63,201 bases of DNA. Source: a virus. Lineage: Duplodnaviria > Caudoviricetes. The stretch lies in the IMG/VR virus record IMGVR_UViG_3300022562_002172, positions 1 through 63,201 of that record. One strand, 5' to 3'. The translations under genes were made by a program, and so were the position numbers. A model generated the notes under the pieces. That model searched no databases. It worked only from the letters and a program-made list of their open reading frames with translations, and was not told where the DNA came from. Positions 18,025 through 27,338 of this stretch are shown piece by piece (within the stretch, counting starts at the first letter, position 1; every line of letters starts with the position of its first letter).

Positions 18025-18330
18025 CTACGCTATGGATAGGAGAAGCGCGAAGAAGACGATCATGGACACGATGGATCCGAGCACGAGGAGCCCCGCAGTC
18101 GCGAAGAAACTGCGCACCTTCTTGGCCGGCGGCAGGGCCGGCCTCCGGGGTTCGTCCGGAGCCACCAAGACGGTCGGGGCCATGTTATAGTTGATGACCC
18201 CATAGTTCACGTTCAGGACCGGTCCAAGGAGGGCGCGCTGGGCGCTGTAGTCCGGCCGTCCCTGTCCGCAGTCCGGACATGAACCCCCGCCCCCGTTCGG
18301 CTTCCCACACGTCGCGCAGATCCAATTCAT
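18025..18330 (-). CDS. Zinc-ribbon membrane-anchored protein
   Basis: WICATCG..N.....CPDCG (RanBP-like) plus C-terminal TM helix. Confidence 0.7.
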   Translation of the reverse strand: MNWICATCGKPNGGGGSCPDCGQGRPDYSAQRALLGPVLNVNYGVINYNMAPTVLVAPDEPRRPALPPAKKVRSFFATAGLLVLGSIVSMIVFFALLLSIA

Positions 18331-18438
18331 GTCACCGGATACGCCGAAGCTCTCTGTACCTACGGCAGGCGTTGAGACCCTCGAAGCCGTGCCGGTGCTG
18401 TTCCGGGTATTCCTTGGTGTTGAACTTCTCTTTCCGGG

Positions 18439-18711
18439 TCATCTCATCTGCTCCAGGTATGCCAGGGCGTACCTGGCATGGTGCGCCATCGTCTCGAGGT
18501 CGCGCCTCAGCCTGGCCTCAGCCTCGGGACTGAGTTTCCGCCGCGGTTTGAGCGGAATCCTCTTGCCCTGGCTCCGAAGGAGCCTAACGTGCTCCCAAAG
18601 GAACACGTCTTCGACGCCCTTCCCGCTGCTGACGTCCGGAAGGCCCCCTGGGTCCGGCTTCTCGAACCTCCCGTACTTGCCAAGGTAAACTGATTCGGAT
18701 TCTTTCCTCAT
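18439..18711 (-). CDS. Hypothetical protein
   Basis: ORF preceded by GTAGCGT-N6-ATG. Confidence 0.6.
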   Translation of the reverse strand: MRKESESVYLGKYGRFEKPDPGGLPDVSSGKGVEDVFLWEHVRLLRSQGKRIPLKPRRKLSPEAEARLRRDLETMAHHARYALAYLEQMR

Positions 18712-18720
18712 TTCGGAACG

Positions 18721-19380
18721 CTACACCGTGCGGCAGCCCTGGAGGGCGGCCTTGATCGCGTCCTCGAGGTCCATCTCGTCCACCCGTCGTCCGAGGGCGT
18801 CCACGGCCTTCTTCGCCTGGGGCTTCTTGTAGCCGAGGTCCATTAGGGCGGCCAGGGCGTCCTGGTAGTTGCGGGACTCGGCCGGGTCGAACTTCGGTTG
18901 GCGGATCGGGATGACCTTCGCCATTCCGGGGACAACTCGGGTCACGGCGGCCGGGGCCGGGGCACTCATCTTCCGGAGGGCCCGCTCTCGCTCCTCGGGA
19001 GACAGGGAGTCCTGGAAGGCCTTCGCGGTGAGAGGATCGGACGTGATCCGGGCGGGGTCGACCACGTCGACCATGAAATCCACGTACTCCACCTCCGACA
19101 CGGATCCAGACCGGATGCCGATACTAGGGCACTGGCGGTGGACCGTCATGAGCTCGCACCCGGCGCTCGCCTTTCCGTCGACGCCGACGATCCGCTCGAC
19201 CGTCTGCACGGCCTGCGGGTTCCGTGCCTCCACGAGGAGGAGCCGGGTGATACGACCCCCGACGGTCATTGCGAAGAGGAACCACGCCTGGTTGAGGCCG
19301 TACGACGGATGATCCGCGCGAAGAAGCTCGGTCTGTCCCATGTCCTCCCGTATCCGGCGGGCGGCCGGATCTACGGTCAT
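18721..19380 (-). CDS. Protein with RuvA C-terminal (domain III-like) module
   Basis: DALAALMDLGYKKPQAKKAV...LEDAIKAALQ; N-terminus unlike RuvA OB/HhH. Confidence 0.7.
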   Translation of the reverse strand: MTVDPAARRIREDMGQTELLRADHPSYGLNQAWFLFAMTVGGRITRLLLVEARNPQAVQTVERIVGVDGKASAGCELMTVHRQCPSIGIRSGSVSEVEYVDFMVDVVDPARITSDPLTAKAFQDSLSPEERERALRKMSAPAPAAVTRVVPGMAKVIPIRQPKFDPAESRNYQDALAALMDLGYKKPQAKKAVDALGRRVDEMDLEDAIKAALQGCRTV

Positions 19381-19667
19381 ACGGGGCGGAGGACGAGGTC
19401 CGAGGCCGAGACGCGGACGTCCTGCACCTCGGACCCCTCATCCTCCGCCACATACCAGATGCCGTCCCGGAGCTCCGGCGTCCCGGAGCCGAACCTCACG
19501 CCCCTGTCCTGGCTGAGGCCGACCCACCTCCCGAGCCCTGGGTGAAAGAGGCCGAAGTCGTCCCTGAAGTCGGCCATGAAGGCCGGGGTTCCGTCCTCTA
19601 CCCTCTCCATGGTGAGCAGGACCAAGTACGAATCCGGCGGGACGATGCCCCACTCTATCGGTCTCAC
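19377..19667 (-). CDS. Hypothetical protein
   Basis: GTAGCGT-N5-GTG start; ATGA overlap. Confidence 0.6.
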   Translation of the reverse strand: MRPIEWGIVPPDSYLVLLTMERVEDGTPAFMADFRDDFGLFHPGLGRWVGLSQDRGVRFGSGTPELRDGIWYVAEDEGSEVQDVRVSASDLVLRPV

Positions 19668-19709
19668 GCGTCACGCTACTTCGATCGTTTATCTGATCTG
19701 CACGGTGCG

Positions 19710-20291
19710 ATGACCCCGTCCAAAGTGTCAGCCGAGCTCCTCCGCGTCGCAGCATCCCTGGACGGAGGTGACGTGAGCCGAAGTGGGACTGAGGCCGCCC
19801 TCGCGGCGGTCCTGGACGGCATCGGGAGGACGGCGCAGGGGTCTCAGGAGGGCGAGCTTGCCGCCCCCGTTGGTCAAGTCATAGCGCACCTGAACCAGTG
19901 GCTCACCGCGAAGTACCGCATCGACGCCTCCTACCGGAGCTATGCGGACCGCGTGAAGGGACCCTGGCGCGACGCGCTCGTCGACCACTGGTATACGCAC
20001 GCCGAGGAGGAGCGCAAGCAGGCCTACGACCTGGCGATGAAGGTCGTGGCTCTCGGAGGAGACCCGATCCAGACCGTCATCGATGTGCCCGCCTCTCCGG
20101 CCTCTCTCGGAGCGTTCTGCGCGCAGCTCGCGCAGCTCGAGCTCGCAGCCATCGAGAACGGCAGGGTCGCAATTCAGCTCGCCGGCGAGAACGCTCCGCT
20201 CCGCGTCTTGGCGGAACAGATCATCTACACGGACGCCCAGCACCTGGACGACATCCGGAGGATGTGCGCCAACTTCGACGTGGCGATGTGA
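19710..20291 (+). CDS. Ferritin/bacterioferritin-like protein with N-terminal extension
   Basis: HAEEERKQAYDLAMKVVALGGDP, ELAAI, DAQHLD four-helix pattern. Confidence 0.75.
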   Translation: MTPSKVSAELLRVAASLDGGDVSRSGTEAALAAVLDGIGRTAQGSQEGELAAPVGQVIAHLNQWLTAKYRIDASYRSYADRVKGPWRDALVDHWYTHAEEERKQAYDLAMKVVALGGDPIQTVIDVPASPASLGAFCAQLAQLELAAIENGRVAIQLAGENAPLRVLAEQIIYTDAQHLDDIRRMCANFDVAM

Positions 20292-20818
20292 TGCTCGACT
20301 ACAACTCCCTCATCCAGGAGATCTCCGGGGAGTTCCCCGGGTTCGAGATCCGCAAGAAATCGGAGAGCCGGCTCATGAAGGTCATCGACGTCTGCTTGAA
20401 GGTGATCACCTTCGGCGCGATGCGAACCTTCATGACGAGGTTCATCACCACGATAGGGACGTCCGTCTATGTCCCGGACGGATGGGACGACCAGGCCCCG
20501 GTCTCGAGGATCCTCGTGCTGAGGCACGAGCGGGTCCACATGCGGCAGAGCCGCAAGTACGGGGCTATCCTCTTCAAGCTCCTCTATCTTCTGGCCCTGC
20601 CGACGGTTTGGACATACCGGGCCAAATTCGAGATGGAGGCCTACGGGGAGTCGATCAAGGCTTTGGTCGAGTACCGAGGAGAGGACGCCCTTACGGCGGA
20701 GCACAAGGCCGGCCTGATCAAGCATTTCACCTCGGCCGAGTACTTCTGGATGAATCCGTTCAAGAAGTCCGTCGAGAGATGGTACGACACGGCCGTGGCG
20801 GCCGCGAAAAAGGGGTAG
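20291..20818 (+). CDS. HExxH zincin-like metallopeptidase
   Basis: TTIG, LRHERVHMRQ, FEMEAY. Confidence 0.7.
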   Translation: MLDYNSLIQEISGEFPGFEIRKKSESRLMKVIDVCLKVITFGAMRTFMTRFITTIGTSVYVPDGWDDQAPVSRILVLRHERVHMRQSRKYGAILFKLLYLLALPTVWTYRAKFEMEAYGESIKALVEYRGEDALTAEHKAGLIKHFTSAEYFWMNPFKKSVERWYDTAVAAAKKG

Positions 20819-20819
20819 C

Positions 20820-21335
20820 ATGGAGCAGCTCATTGACATAGGCCTGCCGACGGCCATCGCGTCCCTCGGCGTGTTCTTCGTGGTCCTCTTCGTGGACTAC
20901 ATCCTCAACAAGATCTGGACCTACACGTCCAAGGACTGGGTGAGGGCGTCCATCAAGTGGTCCTGGACGATATGGGCCCCGCTCTGGCCGATCGCCATCG
21001 GTGCCTCCGGAGGGTTCATCAAGGGTCTCCCGATGCCGGAGATGGTGGCCAAGCTCGGCCACGTCCCGGGCCTCGTCTCGGTCATCTACGGCGCGTTCTG
21101 CGGCATGATCAGCATGGCCGTGGTCAAGCAGATCAAGTTCGCGCTGGAGAAGAAAGGGATCGACGTCACGGTCCCGGATCTATCACTGGCGAAGATTCAG
21201 GCCAAGCGCGAGCTCGTCGACAAGTCAGCGGCGAAGCTCGGCCAGAAGAAGTCTGAGTCCAAGCCTCCCCCCGCGAGCGATCCGCCACCGGCGGAGGAGT
21301 CCGCGACGGAGAAGGAAGAGCCTCAGGACGGGTGA
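20820..21335 (+). CDS. Membrane protein, possible holin
   Basis: Three hydrophobic helices, charged C-tail. Confidence 0.55.
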   Translation: MEQLIDIGLPTAIASLGVFFVVLFVDYILNKIWTYTSKDWVRASIKWSWTIWAPLWPIAIGASGGFIKGLPMPEMVAKLGHVPGLVSVIYGAFCGMISMAVVKQIKFALEKKGIDVTVPDLSLAKIQAKRELVDKSAAKLGQKKSESKPPPASDPPPAEESATEKEEPQDG

Positions 21336-22504
21336 GCCGCCGGCATGGGCCTGCGGCACGTCGGGCACACCTTGATGGCGTCGAGCTCCGTCTGAACGGC
21401 GAGGACCTCTTCGTTTATCGAAGAAAGCTTCTCCTGTAGTGAGGCCTCCTCCTGCCGGAGGTCGGTAATCTCCGCCAAGAGCTCCGAGGCCCTCAAGAGG
21501 CCGTCCGGGATTCCCGGGTCCTCCGGCAGGAAGACCTCGGCGGAGAGCCTCTCCACGGCCGCCCTCTCAGACTCGATGGCGGCCAGGATGCGGGCGGCGT
21601 CAACGAGCCGGTCCACGTCCTCAGCGATGACATCCTCCGGGACCGACACGTCCTGGACCGGCTTCAGGACGGCTATCTGCATGGCTTCGGCCTGCATCGA
21701 CGCCCAGGTCCTCTCCATTTCAACGAGGGAGTCCATGTGACCGGCGAGGCGGTCCTGTGGGACCTTGACCTCACGGATCGGGTCCCGAAGCAACATGATG
21801 GCTTTGGCCTCGGACCCTATGGAGGAATGAAGCCGCTCCATCAGCTCCACCCTATCCACGTACTCCTGCAGGGACTGGACCTGGGCGTCCAGGTCGTCCC
21901 GGACCCCGAGCAGATGGTCCAGGTCCGAATACCTGGCCTCCTCCTCGCGCAGGAGGTCCGCCTCCTCCTCGCGCACCTTGGCCTGGTCCAGGCACCTCTT
22001 CTTCTGCCTGACGTTGATGGTTATCCCGTCCTGAAGGACGTTCAACCTGGAAACCTCTGACAGGAAGTCGGTGACGGCTGGGCCGGATTTGTTCATCAGG
22101 AAGACTGGCTCGAACTGCGTAGCCAGCCACGGCTGCAGGACGTCGTCCCCGACCTGAACGGACCCGAAGCCCATCGAGGCCACCTGTTCGATCTGTCCCT
22201 TCCCGACTTTGTCGAGGGCCTTGTCGGAATCGACTGGGATCCAGTACCGGTTCACCCCGCGCTCCCCCTTCTCCCACCTGAGCTCCCATCCGTCGGACCT
22301 CAGCTCGACCGTGCAGAACTTTTTCCCCTTGCGCACGTCCCCGGTCACAGGGGACCCTAGGAGAGCCCCGGAGATAGCGCGTATGATCGCGCTCTTCCCG
22401 ATGTTCGTCGGACCGGTGACGCAGGTGAAGCCCGAGATGTCGAACTCGACGTCCCCGATGCTCTGGAAGTTTGTGATCTTGACGTGGACCGGGTTCAGCT
22501 TCAC
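21323..22504 (-). CDS. SbcC/Rad50-like ATPase, N-terminal half only
   Basis: NFQS, Walker A GPTNIGKS, Q-loop, coiled coil, ends at CPTC hook; no signature or Walker B. Confidence 0.85.
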   Translation of the reverse strand: MKLNPVHVKITNFQSIGDVEFDISGFTCVTGPTNIGKSAIIRAISGALLGSPVTGDVRKGKKFCTVELRSDGWELRWEKGERGVNRYWIPVDSDKALDKVGKGQIEQVASMGFGSVQVGDDVLQPWLATQFEPVFLMNKSGPAVTDFLSEVSRLNVLQDGITINVRQKKRCLDQAKVREEEADLLREEEARYSDLDHLLGVRDDLDAQVQSLQEYVDRVELMERLHSSIGSEAKAIMLLRDPIREVKVPQDRLAGHMDSLVEMERTWASMQAEAMQIAVLKPVQDVSVPEDVIAEDVDRLVDAARILAAIESERAAVERLSAEVFLPEDPGIPDGLLRASELLAEITDLRQEEASLQEKLSSINEEVLAVQTELDAIKVCPTCRRPMPAAHPS

Positions 22505-22668
22505 GAGCCCTCCTCCTTGCTAGCTCGCTCCTTCACCTTCCTGGTCGCCTCGAGGGCGCGCTCGAGGAAGGCCTCCATGAAATCCAAATCCCTCTGTGTG
22601 AACTTTCCGTCCTTGAGCAGCTCGTTGAGGTCCTTGAAGACCCTCTCTATCCGGTCGAACGTGGTCAT
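22501..22668 (-). CDS. Small hypothetical protein (not in ORF track)
   Basis: MTTFDRIERVFKDLNELLKDG...; ATGA and GTGA overlaps on both sides. Confidence 0.6.
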   Translation of the reverse strand: MTTFDRIERVFKDLNELLKDGKFTQRDLDFMEAFLERALEATRKVKERASKEEGS

Positions 22669-23993
22669 ACCTGGATGTCCGGTGCCGTAACCGGTGCCGT
22701 ATCCTCGAGGCCCTCATCGCCGACGAGCTCCCCGTCCTCGTAGTCGGGAGGTCCGCCCCCGTCCGGGTACTCGTCGTCGTCCATCCCGTCGTGGGTGGTG
22801 ACGGCGTCCTCGGCGAGCTGGGCGAGCGTCTCGTCGTCGATGGCGCGATACCCCTGAATGATGCTCTCCTGGCAGAGCATGATGAGCTCCCGCATCATGG
22901 CCCCTCCGTTCTCCTTCTGCAGCCCGAGGCGGAAGCGCTCGATACCGTTGGCCTCCACGGACCCGGTCTCGCCCTTGAACTTGTAGACCTCCTGCTTGCT
23001 GTTCCCCTTCTTGACGACGGTCTTCTTGACGATGTCGTAGGCCTCCGCCACGTTGAGCATCGTTCGGAGCTCGTCGACCCCGACCCCGTAGCGGATCGTG
23101 ACCAGGCCGGAGTGCCCCTGCTTGGCGTCAATCTTGTTCTTGATCATCTTGCACTCGACGTCTGTCGCGATTTGGACGTCCTCCCTCTCCTTGAGGATCG
23201 GGTTCCACACCTTCGCCTTCGTCGAGCGCTTGGGCTTGAGCATCATCCGGACGGCCGCGAAGAACTTCAGGGCGTTCCCGCCAGTCGTGCTCTTGGTCGC
23301 CTCCTCACTGAACCCCATGGCCCCGATCTTGTCGCGGGTCTGGTTCAGGAAGATGACGAGGGTCCCCGTGTCTGCGATGACACGCTGGAGCTTCGGCATC
23401 CAGGTCGCCATGAGGCGCGGAATCTCCGCGACGCCCTGCTTTTCTTTCTTGTCCGTGACGTTCCGCTGGTTCTCCCTCTCGGACACGAGCGCGGCCACGG
23501 AGTCGATGACGACAACGTCCACGGAGTTCAAGGCCGCGGTCATGACGAGGGCCTCCGTCTCCTCGAACGAGTGGGGCTGCGCCCTCACCGCCTGTCCGGT
23601 CCCTCCGAGCTCCGGAGGCCTGAAGTCCACACCGAGCTTCATGGCGTAGGTGTCCACGATCGCCGTCTCGAGGTCGACGTAGAGGCCGCATCCGTCGCTC
23701 TTCCCGCCGTTCACGATTCCCTGGGCCATCGCGTGAAGGGCGATGGTCGTCTTCCCGGAGCTCTCCCTCCCGAACACCTCGACGATCTTTCCCCTCGGCC
23801 ATCCGGGGCAGATGAAGCTCCCGTCCTTCAGGCGGGACCCGCCGATCAGCATGTTCAGGACGGTGCTGCCCGTGTTGATGTGGTCCATCCTGAAGGACGG
23901 CTCCACGAACACGTCCGTAATCTTCGATCGCTTCTCCACCGACGTCTTGAGCTTCGCGAGCTTCGGATGGAGCTTGACAATGGCCTTACTCAT
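22665..23993 (-). CDS. recA: RecA/UvsX recombinase
   Basis: PRGKIVEVFGRESSGKTT, VVIDSVAAL, IFLNQTRDKIG, TTGGNALKF, KNK. Confidence 0.95.
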   Translation of the reverse strand: MSKAIVKLHPKLAKLKTSVEKRSKITDVFVEPSFRMDHINTGSTVLNMLIGGSRLKDGSFICPGWPRGKIVEVFGRESSGKTTIALHAMAQGIVNGGKSDGCGLYVDLETAIVDTYAMKLGVDFRPPELGGTGQAVRAQPHSFEETEALVMTAALNSVDVVVIDSVAALVSERENQRNVTDKKEKQGVAEIPRLMATWMPKLQRVIADTGTLVIFLNQTRDKIGAMGFSEEATKSTTGGNALKFFAAVRMMLKPKRSTKAKVWNPILKEREDVQIATDVECKMIKNKIDAKQGHSGLVTIRYGVGVDELRTMLNVAEAYDIVKKTVVKKGNSKQEVYKFKGETGSVEANGIERFRLGLQKENGGAMMRELIMLCQESIIQGYRAIDDETLAQLAEDAVTTHDGMDDDEYPDGGGPPDYEDGELVGDEGLEDTAPVTAPDIQV

Positions 23994-24024
23994 GCGTCAC
24001 CTTTGGCGGACATTACACTGGCCT

Positions 24025-24732
24025 TCAGGAGGACTCTAGCCACTCGAGGAGGCTCGGGTTGATCATGGATTTGTCCGGAAGCTTTACGTCCCCGGACGGG
24101 ACGGAGCTGAACGTGAAGAACCTGCTGTTCTCCCTGAATATGTGCGCCGTCCTCTTGATCGTCACGGCCTTTCCGAGCGCGGTCTTCTTCTTGCGCCGGC
24201 GCTCCAGGAAGACCTTCTTCTCCCTCGGGGAGAGGTCGTCAGGTGAGATCGCCCCGGACCTCAGGAGCATGAACCTGGCTGCCTGCCTGGCCACGCAATA
24301 CGCATCGGCCTCGTCGCTCTGGATCGGGTCCGGGTTCATTGTGTCGAGCTGGACCGCTCTCTGCATGTCCGCCTTGCTGGCGTCGCCCTTTCCAGCGGCC
24401 ATAGACTTCAGCGTCTTTGGGTCGAACAGGACGCAGTCCTTCCTGATATCGAAGACGGCCTCGAGCGAATACATCATCAGGCCGAAGTGCGTCTCGGAGA
24501 ACGGGCCGCCCCCGTACGCCGGGCTCTCTATCCCGACGACGTCCACCGCGTATTTCCTGAGGAGGTCCTCCACCATGGACCGGAAGTGCATGAACCTGGC
24601 GACGGGGACGACGTCGGACAGGGTCCCCTCGTGGCCGGAGTCGACTAGCCGGTCCCTGGGGCGGCCGGCCGAACTGTCGTAGACGCACCAGCCGTAGGAC
24701 CGGAGCGACGGATCGAGTCCCAGGGATCTCAT
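24025..24732 (-). CDS. ruvC: RuvC-like Holliday junction resolvase
   Basis: LGLDPSL...GW, VGIE, GKGDASK, DEADA. Confidence 0.85.
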   Translation of the reverse strand: MRSLGLDPSLRSYGWCVYDSSAGRPRDRLVDSGHEGTLSDVVPVARFMHFRSMVEDLLRKYAVDVVGIESPAYGGGPFSETHFGLMMYSLEAVFDIRKDCVLFDPKTLKSMAAGKGDASKADMQRAVQLDTMNPDPIQSDEADAYCVARQAARFMLLRSGAISPDDLSPREKKVFLERRRKKKTALGKAVTIKRTAHIFRENSRFFTFSSVPSGDVKLPDKSMINPSLLEWLESS

Positions 24733-24741
24733 GGCAATGTT

Positions 24742-24830
24742 GGGAGGCGGCCGAAGAGAGTCCCGGCCTAACTACAACGTCGGGCCGGGACTACTGACGA
24801 GTTTCGCCGCCCTTTTTCGGGCCGCCTCCC
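24742..24830. other. Nested inverted-repeat structure between SSB-like gene and ruvC
   Basis: GGGAGGCGGC/GCCGCCTCCC outer stem and AGTCCCGGCC/GGCCGGGACT inner stem. Confidence 0.75.
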
Positions 24831-24836
24831 GTCACC

Positions 24837-25724
24837 CTACTTGAGCAGGTCGTCGTACGACGGCTGGAGCTTGGGCGTGGACGCCCCGGCTTCCGGCGAG
24901 GAGAGGGCGTGCGACGCCCCGCCGCCGAGCTTCTCGGCGAGCTTCTCGGCGTTCATCTGGAAGCCGAGCTCCTTCTTGACGTGCTTGTATGCGCGCAGGC
25001 CCTGGTCGAGAACCCAGGCGCGGATCTCCGGGTCCGTGTCGTCACGGGCCCAGAACGCGGAGAGGCCGTTCTCGATGCGCTGCTTCTGGAACTTCGGGTC
25101 GCCGTCGAGGGTGACCTTCATGTCGATCACGGGCATCGAGTTCGCCCGCGCGTCGATGTAGACACCCTCGACCTGTTTGAACTTCTTGGCCGACATGCGG
25201 TACGTCTCGATGTGGGTGTACCGGCGCTTCTTGAGCAGCTCGGGATCGACCTGCCCCTGCTCGTCGATCGGGTAGCGCAGGATGATCGTGGCCACGGTCT
25301 GGTCCGCGTCGCCCATCTGCTTGCAGCAGAGCGCGGGCTTGATGAGCGTGGTCCCCTGCCACTGGCTGAGGCAGCGGACCGAGCCGACGCCGTCTTTGTA
25401 GTGGGTGAACGCGAACGAAAAGCGGGGCTGCTTGATGTCGAGCCTGTCGATCTCGGTCAGCTCTTCGACCGGCTTCTTGAGATTCTCCGCCAGCTTGGCG
25501 TCGATCTTCGTGACGTACTCCGCCTTCTCCTCGTCGGTCAGCGGCTCGCCCTTCTCGCGGGCCTTGGCCGCGAGGACGACTTCGGCGAAAGTCTTGAAGG
25601 CGATGATGGAGACGCGGTCCATATGCCCGCTCTTCTCCTGCTTGAAGCGCTCGATGCCCTGCGGCTTGATGACCTTTGCGTCGTCCAGACCGAAATCCAG
25701 AACGTTCATGTCTTCGTTGCTCAT
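24837..25724 (-). CDS. Putative single-stranded DNA-binding protein (gp32-like)
   Basis: Position in recombination cluster, H/C/CC ligands, flexible tail ending YDDLLK; inference. Confidence 0.5.
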   Translation of the reverse strand: MSNEDMNVLDFGLDDAKVIKPQGIERFKQEKSGHMDRVSIIAFKTFAEVVLAAKAREKGEPLTDEEKAEYVTKIDAKLAENLKKPVEELTEIDRLDIKQPRFSFAFTHYKDGVGSVRCLSQWQGTTLIKPALCCKQMGDADQTVATIILRYPIDEQGQVDPELLKKRRYTHIETYRMSAKKFKQVEGVYIDARANSMPVIDMKVTLDGDPKFQKQRIENGLSAFWARDDTDPEIRAWVLDQGLRAYKHVKKELGFQMNAEKLAEKLGGGASHALSSPEAGASTPKLQPSYDDLLK

Positions 25725-25835
25725 TTTCTCTCTCCGTGGCCTATGACCTTGCGGTCAGCCTCTGCTTTTTGAACCCGCCAGGTTTCCCCGGCATTATGGG
25801 AGTCACCTTACAGTGGAAGGCTATCCTTGAAATAG

Positions 25836-26645
25836 CTACTTCAGGAGGTCGTCGTAGGACATGCCGGTCGTGACCGGCGCCACGTCTTCCTGGGGCTTGG
25901 TGGGGGTCGGCCCGGTCGTCGTCCCGGGCGCCGGCCTGTTTGCGTAGAAGTTCACGATCTGCCTGGCATGGCTCGGGTTCCTCGGCTCCGGAAGGTCTTC
26001 GGGCCGCTTCTCCGGGTCCAGCAAGTCCTCGGGATTGATCTCCTCGGCACGGACTGGCGGCGGCAGTCCTCCCGGGATCGTCCTGTCCTCGCGGGACTGC
26101 GGCTTCACGTACCCTCCATCGCCGCTCTCCCACCCGGTCCGGTCGTCCTTCACGAGCTGACGCTGGAGCTTGATGTCCTGGTTCGTGTGCCTCAGGTCGT
26201 CGTATTTGGCCTTGATGATCCTGATGGTCCCGTCCAGATCCTGGAGCTCGACCTTGAACCTGGCCAGGTTCTCATGCTCGACCTTGAGCATGGACGTGGC
26301 GAGGGCCCTCCTGTCCTGGGCCGCTGACTGTTGACGGACGAGCGGATCGTCCGCGAGGAGCCCGGACATCTTGAGCTCGAGGTCCAGCTCGAAGGCCTTC
26401 TCCGCCTTCTTCAGGTTCTTCTCATACCGCCTCGTGATCTGCAGGTAGTACTGGGTCCTGTTCAGGAACTGCCTACACTGCGCGATCCGGGATTGAAGGT
26501 AACGGGCCCCGAGCTCCGGAAGGGTCGGGTCCTCCTCCAGCTTCACCTCGAACTCCGATATCTCCGTCAGGATCGAGTCGAGCTTCTCCGGATCGAGATA
26601 TCCGATGACCTCGCTCGGGCTCCCGATCAGCTCCTTGTCGCTCAC
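25836..26645 (-). CDS. Coiled-coil protein, possible recombination mediator
   Basis: Long helical region; ends MSYDDLLK. Confidence 0.6.
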   Translation of the reverse strand: MSDKELIGSPSEVIGYLDPEKLDSILTEISEFEVKLEEDPTLPELGARYLQSRIAQCRQFLNRTQYYLQITRRYEKNLKKAEKAFELDLELKMSGLLADDPLVRQQSAAQDRRALATSMLKVEHENLARFKVELQDLDGTIRIIKAKYDDLRHTNQDIKLQRQLVKDDRTGWESGDGGYVKPQSREDRTIPGGLPPPVRAEEINPEDLLDPEKRPEDLPEPRNPSHARQIVNFYANRPAPGTTTGPTPTKPQEDVAPVTTGMSYDDLLK

Positions 26646-27013
26646 GCCCGCTTCTCCCACGGAGCCGGGTCCGGTACTCCGACGAGCGTGACGAAGGTAT
26701 GGATCTGGTCGGGGATGAAGACGGACTGTGGCACGTCCCACACCCCCGGAGCCAGCTTCATCAGCCCCCACCTGTCTTGCCGGATGCCGTCCGGATCCAC
26801 GTCGATGAAGTGTCGCTGCCGTTTCTTTCCGCGCTGCACGGAGAAGGCGAGCTGCCACTTCCCCTCCTCGTCCCTCCAGACGTGTCCGAGGGCGGGACCC
26901 GTTGGCGATCCGGCGACCTCCGGGACGGACCTCGCCCAGCGGGCGTGCACCCTCAGGACGACGGAGGCGTCGCCTGGGTCTTCCTTCGCGAGGTCCCCGG
27001 CACGCCCGGTCAT
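26642..27013 (-). CDS. Hypothetical protein
   Basis: ORF coupled to neighbours. Confidence 0.6.
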   Translation of the reverse strand: MTGRAGDLAKEDPGDASVVLRVHARWARSVPEVAGSPTGPALGHVWRDEEGKWQLAFSVQRGKKRQRHFIDVDPDGIRQDRWGLMKLAPGVWDVPQSVFIPDQIHTFVTLVGVPDPAPWEKRA

Positions 27014-27330
27014 TCCTTCACCTCAGAGATCGCCGTCAGGAGTTTCTTGGCGAAGATGTGCTCGTGGCTTTCCCTCGAGCCGGCGATCAGCTCGTTCGCC
27101 TCCTCCACCGTGATGGCGCCCCTCGCGAGGGCCTGATAATAGGTGGCCCTGGTTACGACCATGCTGGACCGGAAGGCGAGCGCCTCCGCCTCCTCCGGAG
27201 TAACCGGGCGCTCCACGGAGAAGCGCATCGACACGAAGTGCGAGGACTTGGCCCCGTTCTTGTAGGTGTCGAAGGTGTGGGAGACCGTGTAGTCGGTCAC
27301 CTTGACGGGAGGGAGCTTTCCGGTGTCCAT
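27010..27330 (-). CDS. Hypothetical protein
   Basis: MDTGKLPPVKV...; ATGA overlap. Confidence 0.65.
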   Translation of the reverse strand: MDTGKLPPVKVTDYTVSHTFDTYKNGAKSSHFVSMRFSVERPVTPEEAEALAFRSSMVVTRATYYQALARGAITVEEANELIAGSRESHEHIFAKKLLTAISEVKE

Positions 27331-27338
27331 GCGGTTAT

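Noticed and set aside
24790-24812. Hammerhead ribozyme (CTGACGA core-like)
   Set aside because: No GAAA and stem II in the required order on the same strand
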